Shown: piece by piece, positions 51,201 to 64,000 of the stretch
How positions within the stretch are numbered: position 1 is the first letter of the stretch
Layout of the letters: every line of letters starts with the position of its first letter
Assembly (NCBI GenBank): GCA_043228905.1
Contig: JBHGNT010000003.1
Location: forward strand, 24,676,001 to 24,740,000
DNA length: 64,000 nt
Direction: 5' to 3'
Origin: Azolla caroliniana
Taxonomy: Eukaryota > Plantae > Polypodiophyta
Notes under the pieces: generated by a model
Seen by the model: only the letters and a program-made list of their open reading frames with translations
Databases searched by the model: none
Told to the model about the DNA's origin: nothing
Translations under genes and position numbers: made by a program

Positions 51201-54200
51201 CACAGAATAGCATTTCGATAAGGATGTTTTCTTGAAGCTCGACTTTGTTGAATCTATGATCCAGGTAAAAGAATGGGATATCTTAATAGGTCTCATCTTG
51301 GAGAAAATGTTTGCAGAGCCTTCAAATCCTATAATGCCACGCTTTTTGAGCCAGATTAGCAAGCATCTTTTGGATAATGCTCAAGCTGTGTTCAAGCATC
51401 TATTTATATTCATGTTTGGGAAATCAAAGTAAGTTCTGTAATTAGGATTCAATTATGTGAGTGGAACGGAACTTTCACGTATGTATTGTAGTATTATGTA
51501 TCTCCATATTGTATAACTACAATTTACATTATTGGTGCCTGTAGCATAGAATAATGGTCTTTTCCATACTGTTAAATCCTCTTGGGACAGATTACCTTCA
51601 CAATCTTGGCAAGATAATGCTTAACACCACCACCACTACCACCACCACCTTATAGCCTGTTTTCTTCCATGCAAGAAGATGGGACAAATTAAACCTCTTG
51701 ACGAGACAGACCACTAATCCTGTTGGCGGACCCATCATCACAATGCTGGGACTGGGGAAAGTGGGAATGCAATTGTTTTCGTTTCATAGGGTATGATGAA
51801 TCTCATCCTGGATATGCTGGGTATGGAAATTCGATTTCTATGCACATGGTATAGCTCTATGTTTGCCCAACAATACATATAAGCATTGAAGAAGTTCTCT
51901 GCCTACCTATCATCTAGTGCACTATTTTATTTTCAACTGTCTTTTGCATTTGTAAATTAAGGTTTAACTCTGGGAAAAGCTTCTGGCCATTGTCATGGAT
52001 GATTGAGAAAAACCTCCATCTATTAATATATGACGTAATCTATCTTGCCAAGGAAAATTCCTAGAGGTCTGATGGTGGAAGAAAATTTTGCTTCTTTCGA
52101 AGACGAGAAGATTGGTGGTGGTGCTTTTAGGCATTATGAGGTGACACTTTCCTGGCTGTCCTAAGGGAAAAAAATCTCATTAATATGTTGTTTTAATAGG
52201 ATTTCAGAAGACTTGACTGATTGCAATGTCACACATGAACCTCAAGTAAGGCTGGGAAGCAGTATATTTCAGAGATTGAGTCCATTGCTGGTTCTAAAGG
52301 TGCTTCCATTAGCAGCTTTTGATGAGCTAAGCTGTAAAGAACTATATGGAAAATTAGGTGAAGTAAACATCTGATAACCATCAATTGTTTCTTTTGCAGC
52401 AATTCATACGTACTGAACCTTTTTTTTTCTGCACTCATAATATGTACTCAAGATGCACTCATGATATGTTATTACAGAGGACCTGGAGCAGAGCTGCATT
52501 GAAGATTCGTGCATTGTCGGGTTCCTTATTGGCAGGTATATGTCAAACAACTTGTCTGGATTTTTAACGGGTTCTCAATTTGGAAAGAAGTTTCTTAACC
52601 TAAATGGATCACCTGGCCATCCCATGATGCTTGGACCTGCATTTGGTTTGCTAATAAAATCTGTAATATTAGGTCAGTGTAATGCTAAGCAGACATGTAA
52701 ATAAATCATCAGGTGTAGGTCATTTCATCAAAGGATTTGTACGTACAAATAACCAAGAACAACCTTCCTATGCTTCATGGGGAAGAAGAAGAGATCATAT
52801 TTACCTCAATTTGAAGCACATGTGTATCTCTTGTTCCTAGGACAAGAAAGTAAAAGAGCATGGAAAATGTTTAATGAGAGGCACCTACCACATAATTGAC
52901 CCCACCTCAGGTGTGGCATGAATATGTAAAGGTACTATATAATATCCCCTGCAGCCCCCCACTGCCCTACCCACATGGCTCATGCGCCCCACTCCACGAA
53001 ATGTAAGAAACACCATTGATCAGTTAAAATTTGAGAGGCTCAAGATCATGATGAATTGGTAGATGAGGACTTTATATATTCCCGTTACATCTCGCTGCTA
53101 TTGCTAGCACGCATCTTTAACAGAGCTATGTGTTTCCCTACTGGCTGGACAGAAGATATCATTGTGCCAATCTTTAAGATTGGAGACCCCATGATGCCGA
53201 GCAATTATAGGACAATCATGATTGGCTGTTACTTGACTAAACTATATGGCTCAATCCTAGAGTCAGAATCGATAGTATGGGCAGAGAGACATGGCTGCTG
53301 TTCAGCTGGACAGGCAGGCTTTTGGAAGGGGTTCACAACTTTGGATTACATATTTATCATCCAAACCCTTATTGAAGAGGGCAGAGCCCATAATAAGAGG
53401 ATTTATTGCTTCTTTGTGAATTTCTGAAAAACCTTTGACACTATACTATGCACTCTGCTCATGGAGCGGCTAGAAGCCTTTGGAGTTCCTATAGATATGC
53501 AATCTGGAATCTATGCACTGCATGAATCTGTGTCAGGAAAGGTGGCAGTCTCCCAATGGGTTGTCAGATGCTGTGGCTAACACAATTGGAGTAAAACAAG
53601 GATCCTCACTATCACCCACTCCTTTTGGTCTCTATTGATGGGGTGTCACATTACAAAGAGAGATATAGATGGTTTAAGGGCATGCCTAGCAGGTATAGCC
53701 ATACAAATATTACTATATACTGATGATATTTTGCTAATCTATGACACTCCTGAGGGAATACAAAGACATCTAAATTCCTTAAATATTTTTTATGGACAAA
53801 TGTTTGTCAGTAAACATAGATAAAACTAAAGCGATGGTATTTAACATCACTCAAACATAGGTTACAAGATCAAAACCAGAATTCTTCTTGGAAGAGGAAA
53901 TGTGGCATACATACGATCCTACATGTACCTAGGAGTAACATTAATAGGGTCTCAGTTCTCCTTATGGGTGACTACTTGTGCTCGTCTTTCTCATGTATAT
54001 GCAGCCCTTGGTGATGTTGAAAGACGATGCACACGTTTGCAATTCCAAGAGCCACAAACTAAATTCTGGCTATTTAACAGACTTGTTACACCAACTCTTA
54101 AAAGACGTTAATATATTTTTCTTTCTTTCTTTCTTTCTATGGAGTAGAAACTTCGGGACCAAGTCTTAATAAGGCAAATTATTGGAAAGATTTGGAGAGA

Positions 54201-57200
54201 AATTTAGTCTCAATGATTGCCTGCCTCATAAGGAGCAAAGCATTGCAAAGCATTGGCACCTCATTATATAATCCAGGCTGAGATGGGTGCAGCCCCTATC
54301 ATCATCGAGGCATTATTACAATCAGTGACCTGTGTCGATGACTCTGAGAGCCCCCTATATGTACTCAAGGTTCGCACTTACGTCATCAAAACAACTTACT
54401 GAACATGGAGATATTCATTATTGGTATGCTGAAATGCAACAACGGTTCGAGTCACATGGCATAAGCAAAAATGCACTACCCCTGCCCAATATAGCTTGGA
54501 TTGTCCCCATTTAACTATGATCAGAGTGGAAAGACTAGAGTGATCCGAACTGGGATATTATCAACTTGGAAAACATACAAAAACATGGATCAGCCCCACA
54601 ACATCTCTTGATGGGAAGATGGCTCAATATGGACATACATCTATCCCATGTGCTGTGCAGTGTGATAGGGCAGCTGTGAACATCTTCACATCAGTGGGAT
54701 TGAGCTAGACAGATATGCACGAATACCTCAAGAAAAAAGAATTTGCCAATTGTGTCATCCAATGAATCTAAAGAACTCTATTTTTGTTATGAATAGTCAT
54801 ATTATGTTTTGGGAAATAAGAGGGAGATGTCATTGCCTCTTTAAGCAAGGCCAATGTTGCTGGGGGCTTTTCTTGGGGAAGTTGTTGAAGGATAACAATA
54901 CAGCCACACAAGTTCACAAACACAGAACAATCACAACTTTCTTTAGCCCCATCATTCCTACTCATGCTAAAAATCAATCAAGCACTACACAAATGGGCAC
55001 CCAACCAGGGCATTGCAAAGGGGTTACAATAGATCAGGCAATATCAACTTGTTATGCACATAAGCCCTGACCTCACGGACCTTGTGGTCTGTATAGGATC
55101 AGTCTGCATAAATGTTTTTTCTGTGCTTGTTAGATAGTTGATTCTAACTCTGTCATTATTTATAAAGTTTTCTGTGCAACCCCCTGTTTAAGTTTTTATT
55201 TATAAGAGGAGAGTTTCTCTTTTTATTTGTTATCTAGGGTTAGTGGTTGTAGAGGCCATCAGTGTAGATTCACCAATGTAAGATGTAAAATGACGCTTGC
55301 AATGTGTTTAGGCAATGGGTTTAGTAAAGTTAACAGATGGGTAGAATTGCGTGTTTTATAAATAATGATATATACTGTCCTTGCTTAAGAAGTAAAATTG
55401 ACCGAAATGAATTTAGAATAGAGTGTACACATACACAAGCTAGAGATATACAATTATAATACCCTGTGAACATTAGCATCATGATTTCTTCAACAATTTC
55501 GAAAATCTAGTATAAGGAAATATAAGGAATCATCTAGTATAAAGAACATTAGCATCATGTGCTTTGAGGTCACGTATTTCAACAGATTTTCATTATGCCC
55601 CATTTCCAAAGGATAATTTTTGCAATTGATGAGCATACATTTGGTTGCTTTGCAGAGCATGTGGAGAATTTGAAGCCTATGAAGTTAGGAAACTTTCTGC
55701 GGAATTATTGGGAAGATGCATTCCAAATGTAGGTATTTGTTCATTTTGCTTATTTTATTAAACAATTCTAGATATTTACAGTAGATAAATGATGTTTCTA
55801 GTTTTTGTACTAAGAGATTTATCACAGATTTTTAGTGTCATATTGAGATTTAACGCAATTGGTTAAAGACATTCATCTCTATTTAGAAAAATTTACCAGG
55901 GACATGCTCATCATTTGAATGCCGCTAGGTTAGGATATTCGTGGCTCTATATATCAGTATTTCTATGGGTCTAATTGATTGTGTTTTCTTTCCCATTTTG
56001 ACCTTTGCAAATGGGAGGTTACAGCTTTTTAAGATAATATAGTGTTTTTAGATAGGATGGTGGATATTTTACATAGTCTCACCTTATCATTTATCTGACC
56101 ATCTTGCTGAAAGATATCATGTCTAGAAATTATTTTGTATTAGAATAGGCAAACCTGGGAGCTGTATCTGTTCCCTTCATATGAAATTGAGTGAACCAAT
56201 GGAAATCTCTTGACCAATTGTGATATTCTTGCATGTGTTGTAGGTTATTCTTCCTGTAGTACTAAATCGCTTGCAGAATGCAGTCAAGAATAAAGCCATA
56301 TTGGAAGTGAAGTCCTATCTATTTTCGCTGTGCAATTTGATCTCGGTAAAATAATGTCCTGGAAATCGTGGCTTCACTGTACATTTTGAAGAATATGTAT
56401 GTCATCCCTTGTAAACTGAATAATTCTTGCATTTGCAGTTGAGACGGAAGTCAGTTCTTGATCATCCATGCATACTCCATATTCAAGGCTTGCTTTGTGA
56501 AGTGTTGCTGTGGCCATGCCCTTCTACAGATGAAGGTACCCAATTTTGCTTATCTGATTTTGTCTCTGTCGAAATATTTGGAGAGCTGATATTCATCTCT
56601 TTAAAAACTTTTAGCAACTAATCTCTCCAGGGATCTGTTGTTATCTGCCACATGTCTTCATGTACGGAATGATCTATTATCATGGCCACGGGACTCTGGA
56701 TTAAACCATTGGCCATGTGGAGCTTTACCTCTGCCTGTGCCATCTTTGGGGTACCCCACTTCTGCCAACAAATGTAACTTATAAAACTCATTCTTTCTTC
56801 TATATCAAGTAACACCGAAATGGTGACACCATCTCCATCATAGGGTGTACACCTGGTATTGTCGGTTTCTAAAGGTGCAACCAGAAATGTGTCCAGTTTT
56901 CTCTGTTCCAAGACATACTATGCATGCTGTTCCATCAGGTACAAGTGGTCATGACCACAACCTGAGCATGTGACCTCCCATTGGAATCAGACAATTAAGT
57001 CATGCACAGTTTGCTTAGAGGACGTAGATGATATATTAGTCTGTTGAATTTACCTAATGTTGTCATGTGTCTGAGTTGCGTTTCAAGTGTAGTAGTCTTG
57101 CGTTATTTTTGGCTTTATTATGTTTAGATGGGGACAATCCAATCTATATTGGAACAAGGGTAGTGAATTTATGCTTATGCCATGTGAGTCAAAGCAATCG

Positions 57201-59689
57201 GGTTTTAGCATACCAACAATTATTGCGTCCATGTTCAAGAAGTTGTTTTGATGACATGTGCCAAACCTGAGTACCTTCGTTTAGGGAGCTCCCAAAGCCA
57301 CTGGATATAGGTCACTGATTGAAATAATGCCTCGATGATAAGATATATTGACTTCTTTTAAGAAGGCCGAAATGACCTATAAGACCAAACAAGAGATTAC
57401 ATCGTAAAATGTTGTCTCATCTTTGAGAACAGTAGAGAAACTAATGAAGAAAAATTGACATGTGCCAACCTTGAATACCTTCATTTAGGCAATTCCAGTT
57501 ATTTGCCTTGTTAAGACTTGGTCTATAGGTTTCTACTCTGTAGAGAAGAGTCAAGAGTTAGTGTGACAAGTGTATTGAATAATCGCAATTGTCCATTATC
57601 AACCGATGCCAAAGGTGCTTCCCACTACAGACCTCTCCATCTTGGAGCAGTCTTTGTTCGAGATTTTCCAAAGACAATATTCAGTCTAGCTAATTTTAGA
57701 ATCTTAAGTTCTTAGATATATAGATTCTTTAGTACCATGTGATTAGTTGTATTTATTGTGGTTTGTTCTCAAAGTTGAGAAAAAATTGTAAGTTGTAATC
57801 TCTTGTTTGGTCCTATAGACCACTTTAGCCTCTCTAAAAGACATTAATTGGGCCTTGATTCTCCGTATCAGAGGCTGCCTGTGCTCAATGTTCTCGTGGA
57901 TATGTAGTCCTTGGTGATCTTATTTCTCAGTGACAAGACTGTGGTCCAAATGCCCGAGGTGTACTTTACGACACATTTCTATTGCATGATCTTTTGCAAA
58001 CCCGTTTTTGAGTGTTGTGGTCAAGAATACACTGGCGTAGTCCTTGGTTTACTTTTACCATGCGAAGAAGTCATGTTGCTAAAGAAAGTTGCAATTGTCC
58101 TCAGTTGATGACCAGTTGTGCTTCAGCAACTTCTCTCTATCTCTTGAGTTTTAGCAAGAACACTTCCTAGCATCATTGATCTTTGGTTATTTCATAAAAA
58201 ATATCACACCAGAATGAGAGCACATAACTTGGTCCAGAAACTTATTCTTATTTTAAGTGGCTATCACATTGAAACCCGTCCTCTTTCTATGTTTTCAGAA
58301 ATAATCCTAAAAATATTGTTGCAAAATGGGAACTTTCGCCTCACAAACCAAAGGGCTAAACTTGGCGTAATTAAAATGAGCTAGGCTCATGAAACTAGAA
58401 GTCCAGCGCCATTATAGCTTTAAACATATTAACACAAGTGTCTCTTCTACCCCACATTAAAAAGAGGAAAAGCAATGCATGGGTTTCTTATATGTGCCTT
58501 TCACTTGTCTATTCTATCTATTAAGATAACACCATGTTGTTCCAGATATCTTCAAGGCGCAGCATGGTTGTATTGATTGTTTTGCTCTGATGGTTCTTGA
58601 AGAGCTCGAGATTGATGAGCGTATGCAGAAGAAGTCAAACTTAATCAAGAAAATCCAGGAAGGTGATGGTAAGACAAACATTTTGAATTTACTTATCTTA
58701 GAATGACATCACAATGATTTTCTGTAAGAAATTTCTCAGTGATCAATGGAATTCCAGTGAAGCAGCAGCCATCGATTCTTTGTAGGATCGTCACAACTGT
58801 TATTGGGCAATCTCAAACAATTCCTTTCTTATCAGATATTAGGAAGGATTCACCCAGAATTATGCTTACTAGTGTAGCATTCCGTATATGTATGGCTAAT
58901 GTTCTAATTCGTGCTGCTCAGAAAGTTACACTAAAACACCGGGCATTCTTTGTCTCATGTGTTGTGTCACCAGTTCTTCACTTCCTTGAGGTAAGTGAGT
59001 TTATAAGTCTTTTGCAATTGTTTTCTGCTGTGTGCATTTGTGATCATGTGATTATATGTTGAGTTGTGTACACAATAAGGTGTTGGAGACGTGATAAGTG
59101 ATCATATCTTTTCCAATCGTATTCATGATCTCAAGCTTTTTGAGACAATGATATCGGTTTCTTGTTGAAATTAGCACATAATTAATACTTAAAACACAAT
59201 GAGTTTTTATATCTTTTAGGTTGGCCAAGATATTTACATGAAACCAGCATGTCTACAAATTCTCTTCAGTATTGTGCATAACCTTAAAGAGGGTGTCAAA
59301 TCTTATGCTGTGGATTCATTCAACCTCTCCCTTAAAATCATCAGAAGTAATGCACCAACAGAGGTAAAGTGAGAAATTTTTACAGCATGAATTTTCAGAA
59401 CTACATCCTTTACAAAAAAAGAAAAAAGAAAAAGATATGTAAAGTGGAATTTCTTCTATATTGTGAAAGCAACATGTTATATCTCCAGGAGCGTCTTGGC
59501 GCAGCGAGATTATTGGCATCACTACTAACTTCCACAGATGATGTGATAACAGAAGTGAGTCCCTTCCTTTCTGAAGCTCTTGCAGTTCTGGAAGGCATAT
59601 CTAGGATGGATTCATCAGTGGATGTGAGAATCTTCTGTGAGAAGTTAGTGGAGTGCATGACAACTGATATTTCCGTACAGTCTTATTGA
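42241..59689 (+). CDS. ARM/HEAT-repeat protein, AT3G57570-like, ~1130 aa, 26 exons
   Basis: Exons 42241-42279, 43139-43161, 43587-43756, 44258-44358, 45691-45898, 47404-47476, 47586-47883, 48021-48126, 48228-48364, 49259-49444, 49569-49753, 49853-49996, 50072-50160, 50557-50704, 50778-50854, 50973-51016, 51265-51428, 52200-52357, 52478-52535, 55656-55728, 56244-56345, 56439-56535, 58546-58668, 58740-58990, 59220-59363, 59489-59689 in phase; motifs KLGWC, VPTRLSVMAADC, SRPLYAKGL, KMFAEPSN, EVRKLSAELLGR, AQHGCIDCFALMV. First two exons are less certain (alternative start at 43591). Confidence 0.87.
48500..49150 (-). mobile_element. Decayed L1-type LINE reverse transcriptase fragment in an ARM gene intron
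   Basis: Minus-strand pieces NLAKMLSR, QTLLPKN and KEESVLLDK occur in the order expected for RT subdomains 1-3; frameshifted. Confidence 0.35.
49754..49852 (+). other. U12-type (minor spliceosome) GT-AG intron, 99 nt
   Basis: Donor GTATCCTTT; branch-like TTTTTTGAT about 11 nt before the AG; no polypyrimidine tract; restores the frame ADYFAV-NPCAPEI. Confidence 0.8.
52780..55150 (+). mobile_element. Degenerate RTE-like non-LTR retrotransposon (RT domain) in ARM gene intron 19
   Basis: IIVPIFKIGD..SNYRTIMIG, QAGFWKGFTTLDYIF, CFFVNF*KTFD, GVKQGSSLSPT, LLYTDD, YMYLGV; stops and frameshifts. Confidence 0.85.
56618..56911 (-). mobile_element. Gypsy-type aspartic protease remnant
   Basis: ISVLLDIEERMSFIS...KWGTPKMAQAEVKLHMANG..SPVAMI parallels VLLDGGSGVNIIS..KLGLPKP..FNLRMAD..KPLGLI. 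Confidence 0.5.
57346..57850. mobile_element. Diverged ~85-bp inverted repeat pair (MITE or foldback-like)
   Basis: 57346-57432 (CTATAAGACCAAACAAGAGATTACA...CTTTGAGAACA) matches the reverse complement of 57763-57850. Confidence 0.65.
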
Positions 59690-61070
59690 GTGGTCAGGGA
59701 CTAGATAAGGGAAGACACTCTGTGAAATCAGCTTGTGAGCAACATATATTGCTCTGTAATAGATAAAACAGTTACATGGGCGAATAATTATGGCTTAAAT
59801 CTCCTTGTCTATAGCAAAACCAGGTGATGATCTGCTGGATTCATCGCCAATGCTTCGAGAAACTGTTTACCATATTCGCAAAACTGATCGCCTCTGGGAG
59901 TAACTCATTTAAACTGATCTAGATGAGGAGCTTCTTGTAGAAGAGTGCATCTTTCCCAGTGGAAAGATAATGCGACATTGAAAACATTGGTGCCCCATAC
60001 ATCTCTTGCTTTAGAGCAGCATCTCATTGAGACTCTATACTAGTATGTAGCAACTTTCATATGAAACAAAGGTTATTTTCTCAACAATACACTAATTGGA
60101 TGGGGAGATATACTCAACAGATCTCTCGATGAAGAGTTATTGCAAATAGTCAGACATAGATCATGATTTCAGGTCAGGAATTGCTCCAAAATAATGCGGA
60201 GTCTACAAAAACCAAATTAATTCATCTCTGAATCACCAGAGGGTTGCAACTTTCAACTACGAAAAATACATCAAAAGTCGGGTGGGTGGAAAAGATTGAT
60301 TCAAATTCGCTTCATTTTTAGTTTAGATATTGTAACCCCATCATTAGTGATTGGATAATGCTAGATTGTACACTTTTGGACCTTTAATGCTCCAGCAGAT
60401 TTCTTGCATTTCAATATCATCACAATATGTTTTAGTTTCAACATGGATCATATGAGATATAGATTTTCTTTTTGCAAATGCAGCAGCATTGTCCAGTACT
60501 ATGATAAAACATCCATCGTATTTTATCCAAACATAATTTGGATACTTTTCCAAATTTCATTGTATAATATGTATGTTGGTTTCATTGTTATATAAGTTGC
60601 CGACTATTGGAAAGAAAAATATATCTTCTTATGGCTAAGAAGAGGCAAGATAAATGCATTTGCTGACATTGGGGCACATGAGCCAAAGCTTATATGAAAC
60701 TAATGCCCATATTGTAATTGCACTTTGATGCTGTGCAATGAATGTTCAGCTTTAAAGCTAAAAGATTTTACCTCATTGACAAAATGTGATATTAAATTTT
60801 CTACGAAACAACGGAATTGGTTATAAGCTGAACTACAAGAAGATTCACTAGGTAATCTCATGTTTCATTTAACCATGTTTCAAAAAGAGACATTTAGAAG
60901 TGTACAAATGTTGTGCATCCTAATAAGATTGATAGATCCCAAAGAGCTTTGTTATGGTACATTGGGGACCAAAAAGATTCTAGAGAAAATAACTTGACAG
61001 TCTATTGTTTGCTTTAAATCATTATCGATATCAACCTCACAAAACTTACTAATGTACATTGTGGAAGCAT

Positions 61071-61699
61071 TGTTATATATCATATATAAGATTTTCAATG
61101 TCAACCCCTCCCCCCCCCCCATAAGTCGGACTCGCTCCAGTCTGACTCGGCACTGCCGAAATCGTATTCCTACATTTTCTTCTTCCCTTTTTCTTTATGC
61201 GTAAACTGTCTCCTTGGTTCTCTACGCGGGGACAGCACGACCGAGTCTTCACTACTTGTCGGCTCTTCATTTGGTTGGCCATCTCGACTCAACCCCTCAT
61301 TCGGCCCGCTTAGCCGAAATGAGATCGGACTCTCTATTAGAGCTCTGATTTCCTCATTATGTGGACGCAGCTCGGCCTCGCTCACCTCTTCTTCAGAATT
61401 TGGCTTTCGTGTCCAACTTCCTCTGTTTCTCCTTCGGCACATGCACGTACGCGATGCTGCCGAAAATGCTCATGTGTGCCAATCCACGGCCTCCCGGTTT
61501 TTGCACCGATCCGGCCTCTTGTTGCACACTGGTTTACGCGCCAGATTACGCATTGATTTACGCACTGATCCAGCCAATGTTAAGCTTGTATCTCAACACA
61601 ACCCAATAGTCGGGGCTTGTATAAAAGGTCCTCCTTGAACACGAAATATATATAGAGAAGATACAGAGAATTATTTTTGAAATAATAGTTACGTTTTCT

Positions 61700-61743
<44 letters not shown>

Positions 61744-61841
61744 TCCTTGTTTGTGATTTCTGTGTTTTATCAAACTGTCGTAATTCTGAATCGTGTACTT
61801 AGTGTCTTACGCATACGCTTCCGCACACATATTCTTTTACA
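61071..61841 (+). repeat. 5' LTR of the copia element (~771 bp)
   Basis: TGTTA...TTACA termini, TATAAAA at ~61620, (CT)n tract, immediately followed by the PBS; left boundary inferred. Confidence 0.75.
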
Positions 61842-61853
61842 TAGTATCAGAGC
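61842..61853 (+). other. Primer-binding site for initiator tRNA-Met, one mismatch
   Basis: TAGTATCAGAGC versus canonical TGGTATCAGAGC. Confidence 0.85.
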
Positions 61854-64000
61854 GTGAGGGTTGAGACTCCTTTACAACCGACAAAAAAGCCTGCGATAAA
61901 GACAGAGTTAAGCTGTTGTTTTCAGAAAGGATAAGACAACAATATAGAAAGAGGAATGGGAAGCTCACTACCGACTAAGAAGCTCGACAGGAGCAACTAC
62001 GCATCTTGGTCGTACAAGATGCACCAGTATCTGCTTGGTCATGGTTACTAGAGTTATGTCGAAGGAGCTAATGATGCAGCACCCAAATGGACACACAGAG
62101 ATTTTTCAGCTTGGGAACAAGCAGCAAGTAGAGTTCTTTACTGCTTCGCGTCATTGTGAGCGACCAATTCTTGAGCTACATTTGGGATGCCAAGACGCCA
62201 AAGGACGCGTGGGCGAATCTCAAGAGGATTTTCACTGCTAGCACAACGGCCAGGAAGTTGCAGCTCAGACAGGAGCTCAGCAATATCCGACAAAAAGATC
62301 TGTCTGTGGCCGATTACGCCGGCCCCAATCAAGGAGATGTGCGATTCCCTCGCCTCTGTCAACGTGAACGTCGAGGAGGAAGAAATGGTGAAGGTTTAAC
62401 TTGGAGGTTTAGCATCAAATTTCAGAGCATTTCGAACAGTGGTCTGCACAAGGGAGATTACGCCTTCGTTCTTCGAGCTTCAATCGATGTTGCTCATGGA
62501 GGAAAATCATGCGGGTGCGCCACCGAGTATGCACGCTGACGGCAGGATGCTGTACACAGAGGAAGACAGGCCCCGTGGTCGTGACGGACGAGGTGAATCG
62601 GTGCGCAATGGTGGCGGTCGAAAAGAGCAGAACGTGCAGCATAATTGAAATGCCGGAAGCAATTCTAAACCCTTTGGAAGCAGGGGGAGTCACAGCGGCG
62701 CCGGAAACGGGCAAGACAAGGCCGCGACGGAATGTTGGTACTATGGCAAGAAAGGCCACAAGGAGAGCAAGTGCTGGAAGAAGAGAGCCGATTCGGACAA
62801 AGTCGGATCAAGTGGAAGAGACGTCGGAAGGCGTCAGAAATCGCACTACGCGGAGGGCTCCGAACGAGCTAGAAATGGATCGGACCCAACCTTCGTAATG
62901 AAGTACCAGGCCAATTTGATGGTCGTGAACACCTTGAAACCAAGCGAGGTGTGGTATGTTGATTCCGGAGCATCAAATCATATGACGAGTAATGAGCAAT
63001 GGTTCTCGTACTTGGAGAAACCGGAAAAACAAGGAGTGGTCGAGACGGGAGACGACACTCCGCATACCATCAAACATGTCAGAGAAGTTCCTCTCAGCCA
63101 CGTCGGACAAAAAGGGAAACTTATCAATGTGTTGCACATCCTGACAATAACCAAGAACCTGGTGTCGGTCGATCAGATGCAAGTTCGATTCATGCACATC
63201 GGGTGCTACATCGAAGAGGAAGGCCACGTTATCGCACAAGGGCGCCGTGAAGGGAGGATGTTCATCCTCAAAACCAATCAAGCCGGAACCGCGTTGTTCT
63301 CTAGAGGATAGAAGGTCGAGTCAAACATCGACCTGTGGCACAAGTGGTTCGACCATGTTAACTTCCCACGGCTTCGTGAAATGCAGATGAGGAACATTGT
63401 TTTCGGTTTGCCGAAATTTCAAGGCCATAATGGCCAACTCTGCGAAGCCTGCCAACTCGGGAAGCAGCACCGACTTCCATTCCCCAATGAGCATAATCGT
63501 AGTTGAAATCCGTTGGATTTGATCCATTCAGATGTGTGGGGACCGGCACAGAACGTGAGCTTCGATGGTAGTCGTTACTTCGTAACCTTCATCGATGACT
63601 TCACTCAGCACACATGGCCGTGCTTGATCGCGAAAAAGAGCGAAGTCTTCATGTGGTTCCTGAAGGTGAAGAGCCTTGCGGAAAGGGAAACTAGATGAAA
63701 GATCAAGTGCGTACGGTCCGATGGCGGCAAGGAGTACTTCTTCGACCAGTTCACGAGTTATCTAGAGAAGGAGGGAATTCAACGGGAATTCTTGTGTAGA
63801 TATACGCCGGAGCAGAACGGCGTAGCCGAGCGGAAGAATCGGACAATCGAAGAAGCGACCAGGGCAATGCTTGAAGAGAAGCATATGCCGAAGTTTTACT
63901 GGGCTGAAGTCGTAAAGAATCAGACCTCTGCTAATGGAGGAGTTTCGCCACATGAGTTGTATTACGGCAAGAAGCTGATATGTCTTTAATTTTTTTCTAT

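Larger units (their letters stand above)
61071..63980 (+). mobile_element. Ty1/copia LTR retrotransposon, degenerate; 5' LTR, PBS, gag, protease and integrase
   Basis: gag from ATG 61956 (KLDRSNYASWSYKMHQYLLGHGY), TARKLQLRQEL, zinc knuckle CWYYGKKGHKESKC, protease WYVDSGASNHMT, CEACQLGKQHRLPF, integrase LDLIHSDVWGP..FIDD, YTPEQNGVAERKNRT; multiple stops and frameshifts. Confidence 0.95.

Noticed and set aside
594-59689. Functional gene cluster (two NDH-type subunits, invertase, splicing factor)
   Set aside because: Products act in different compartments and pathways, orientations are mixed, and nothing in the sequence shows co-regulation beyond a generic promoter motif
61073-61773. Several 65-90 aa ORFs
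   Set aside because: Lie inside the GC-richer copia LTR; no family motifs

Overview
AT-rich nuclear DNA from a land plant; intron architecture, TE families and PPR debris suggest a fern or other seed-free vascular plant (inference). Six spliced protein-coding genes were reconstructed by hand with consistent exon phases: NDUFA12/B17.2 (+, 594-4725), a ~2400-aa AT3G50370-like BAT2/PRRC2-type protein (-, 17677-7106), U11/U12 snRNP 59K (+, 21460-26036), NdhT/CRRJ (+, 27277-29410), an organellar-type alkaline/neutral invertase (-, 35662-32899) and a 26-exon AT3G57570-like ARM-repeat protein (+, 42241-59689). A degenerate Ty1/copia element with 5' LTR and PBS occupies the right end. Copia, gypsy, LINE and PPR remnants sit in introns and spacers. 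The most unusual features cluster in the U11/U12-59K gene: a chain of two uORFs coupled to the main ORF by TGATG stop-start overlaps, a duplicated in-frame 5' splice site carrying ATATCCTT motifs, and a GC-AG intron. Also notable are a U12-type intron in the ARM gene, an NdhT carrying an NdhU-like motif, a decayed C-terminus behind the PRRC2-like gene, a 104-bp tandem array and a promoter motif shared by three genes. Family assignments rest on remembered motifs; no database search was run. No rRNA, tRNA or CRISPR array was seen.
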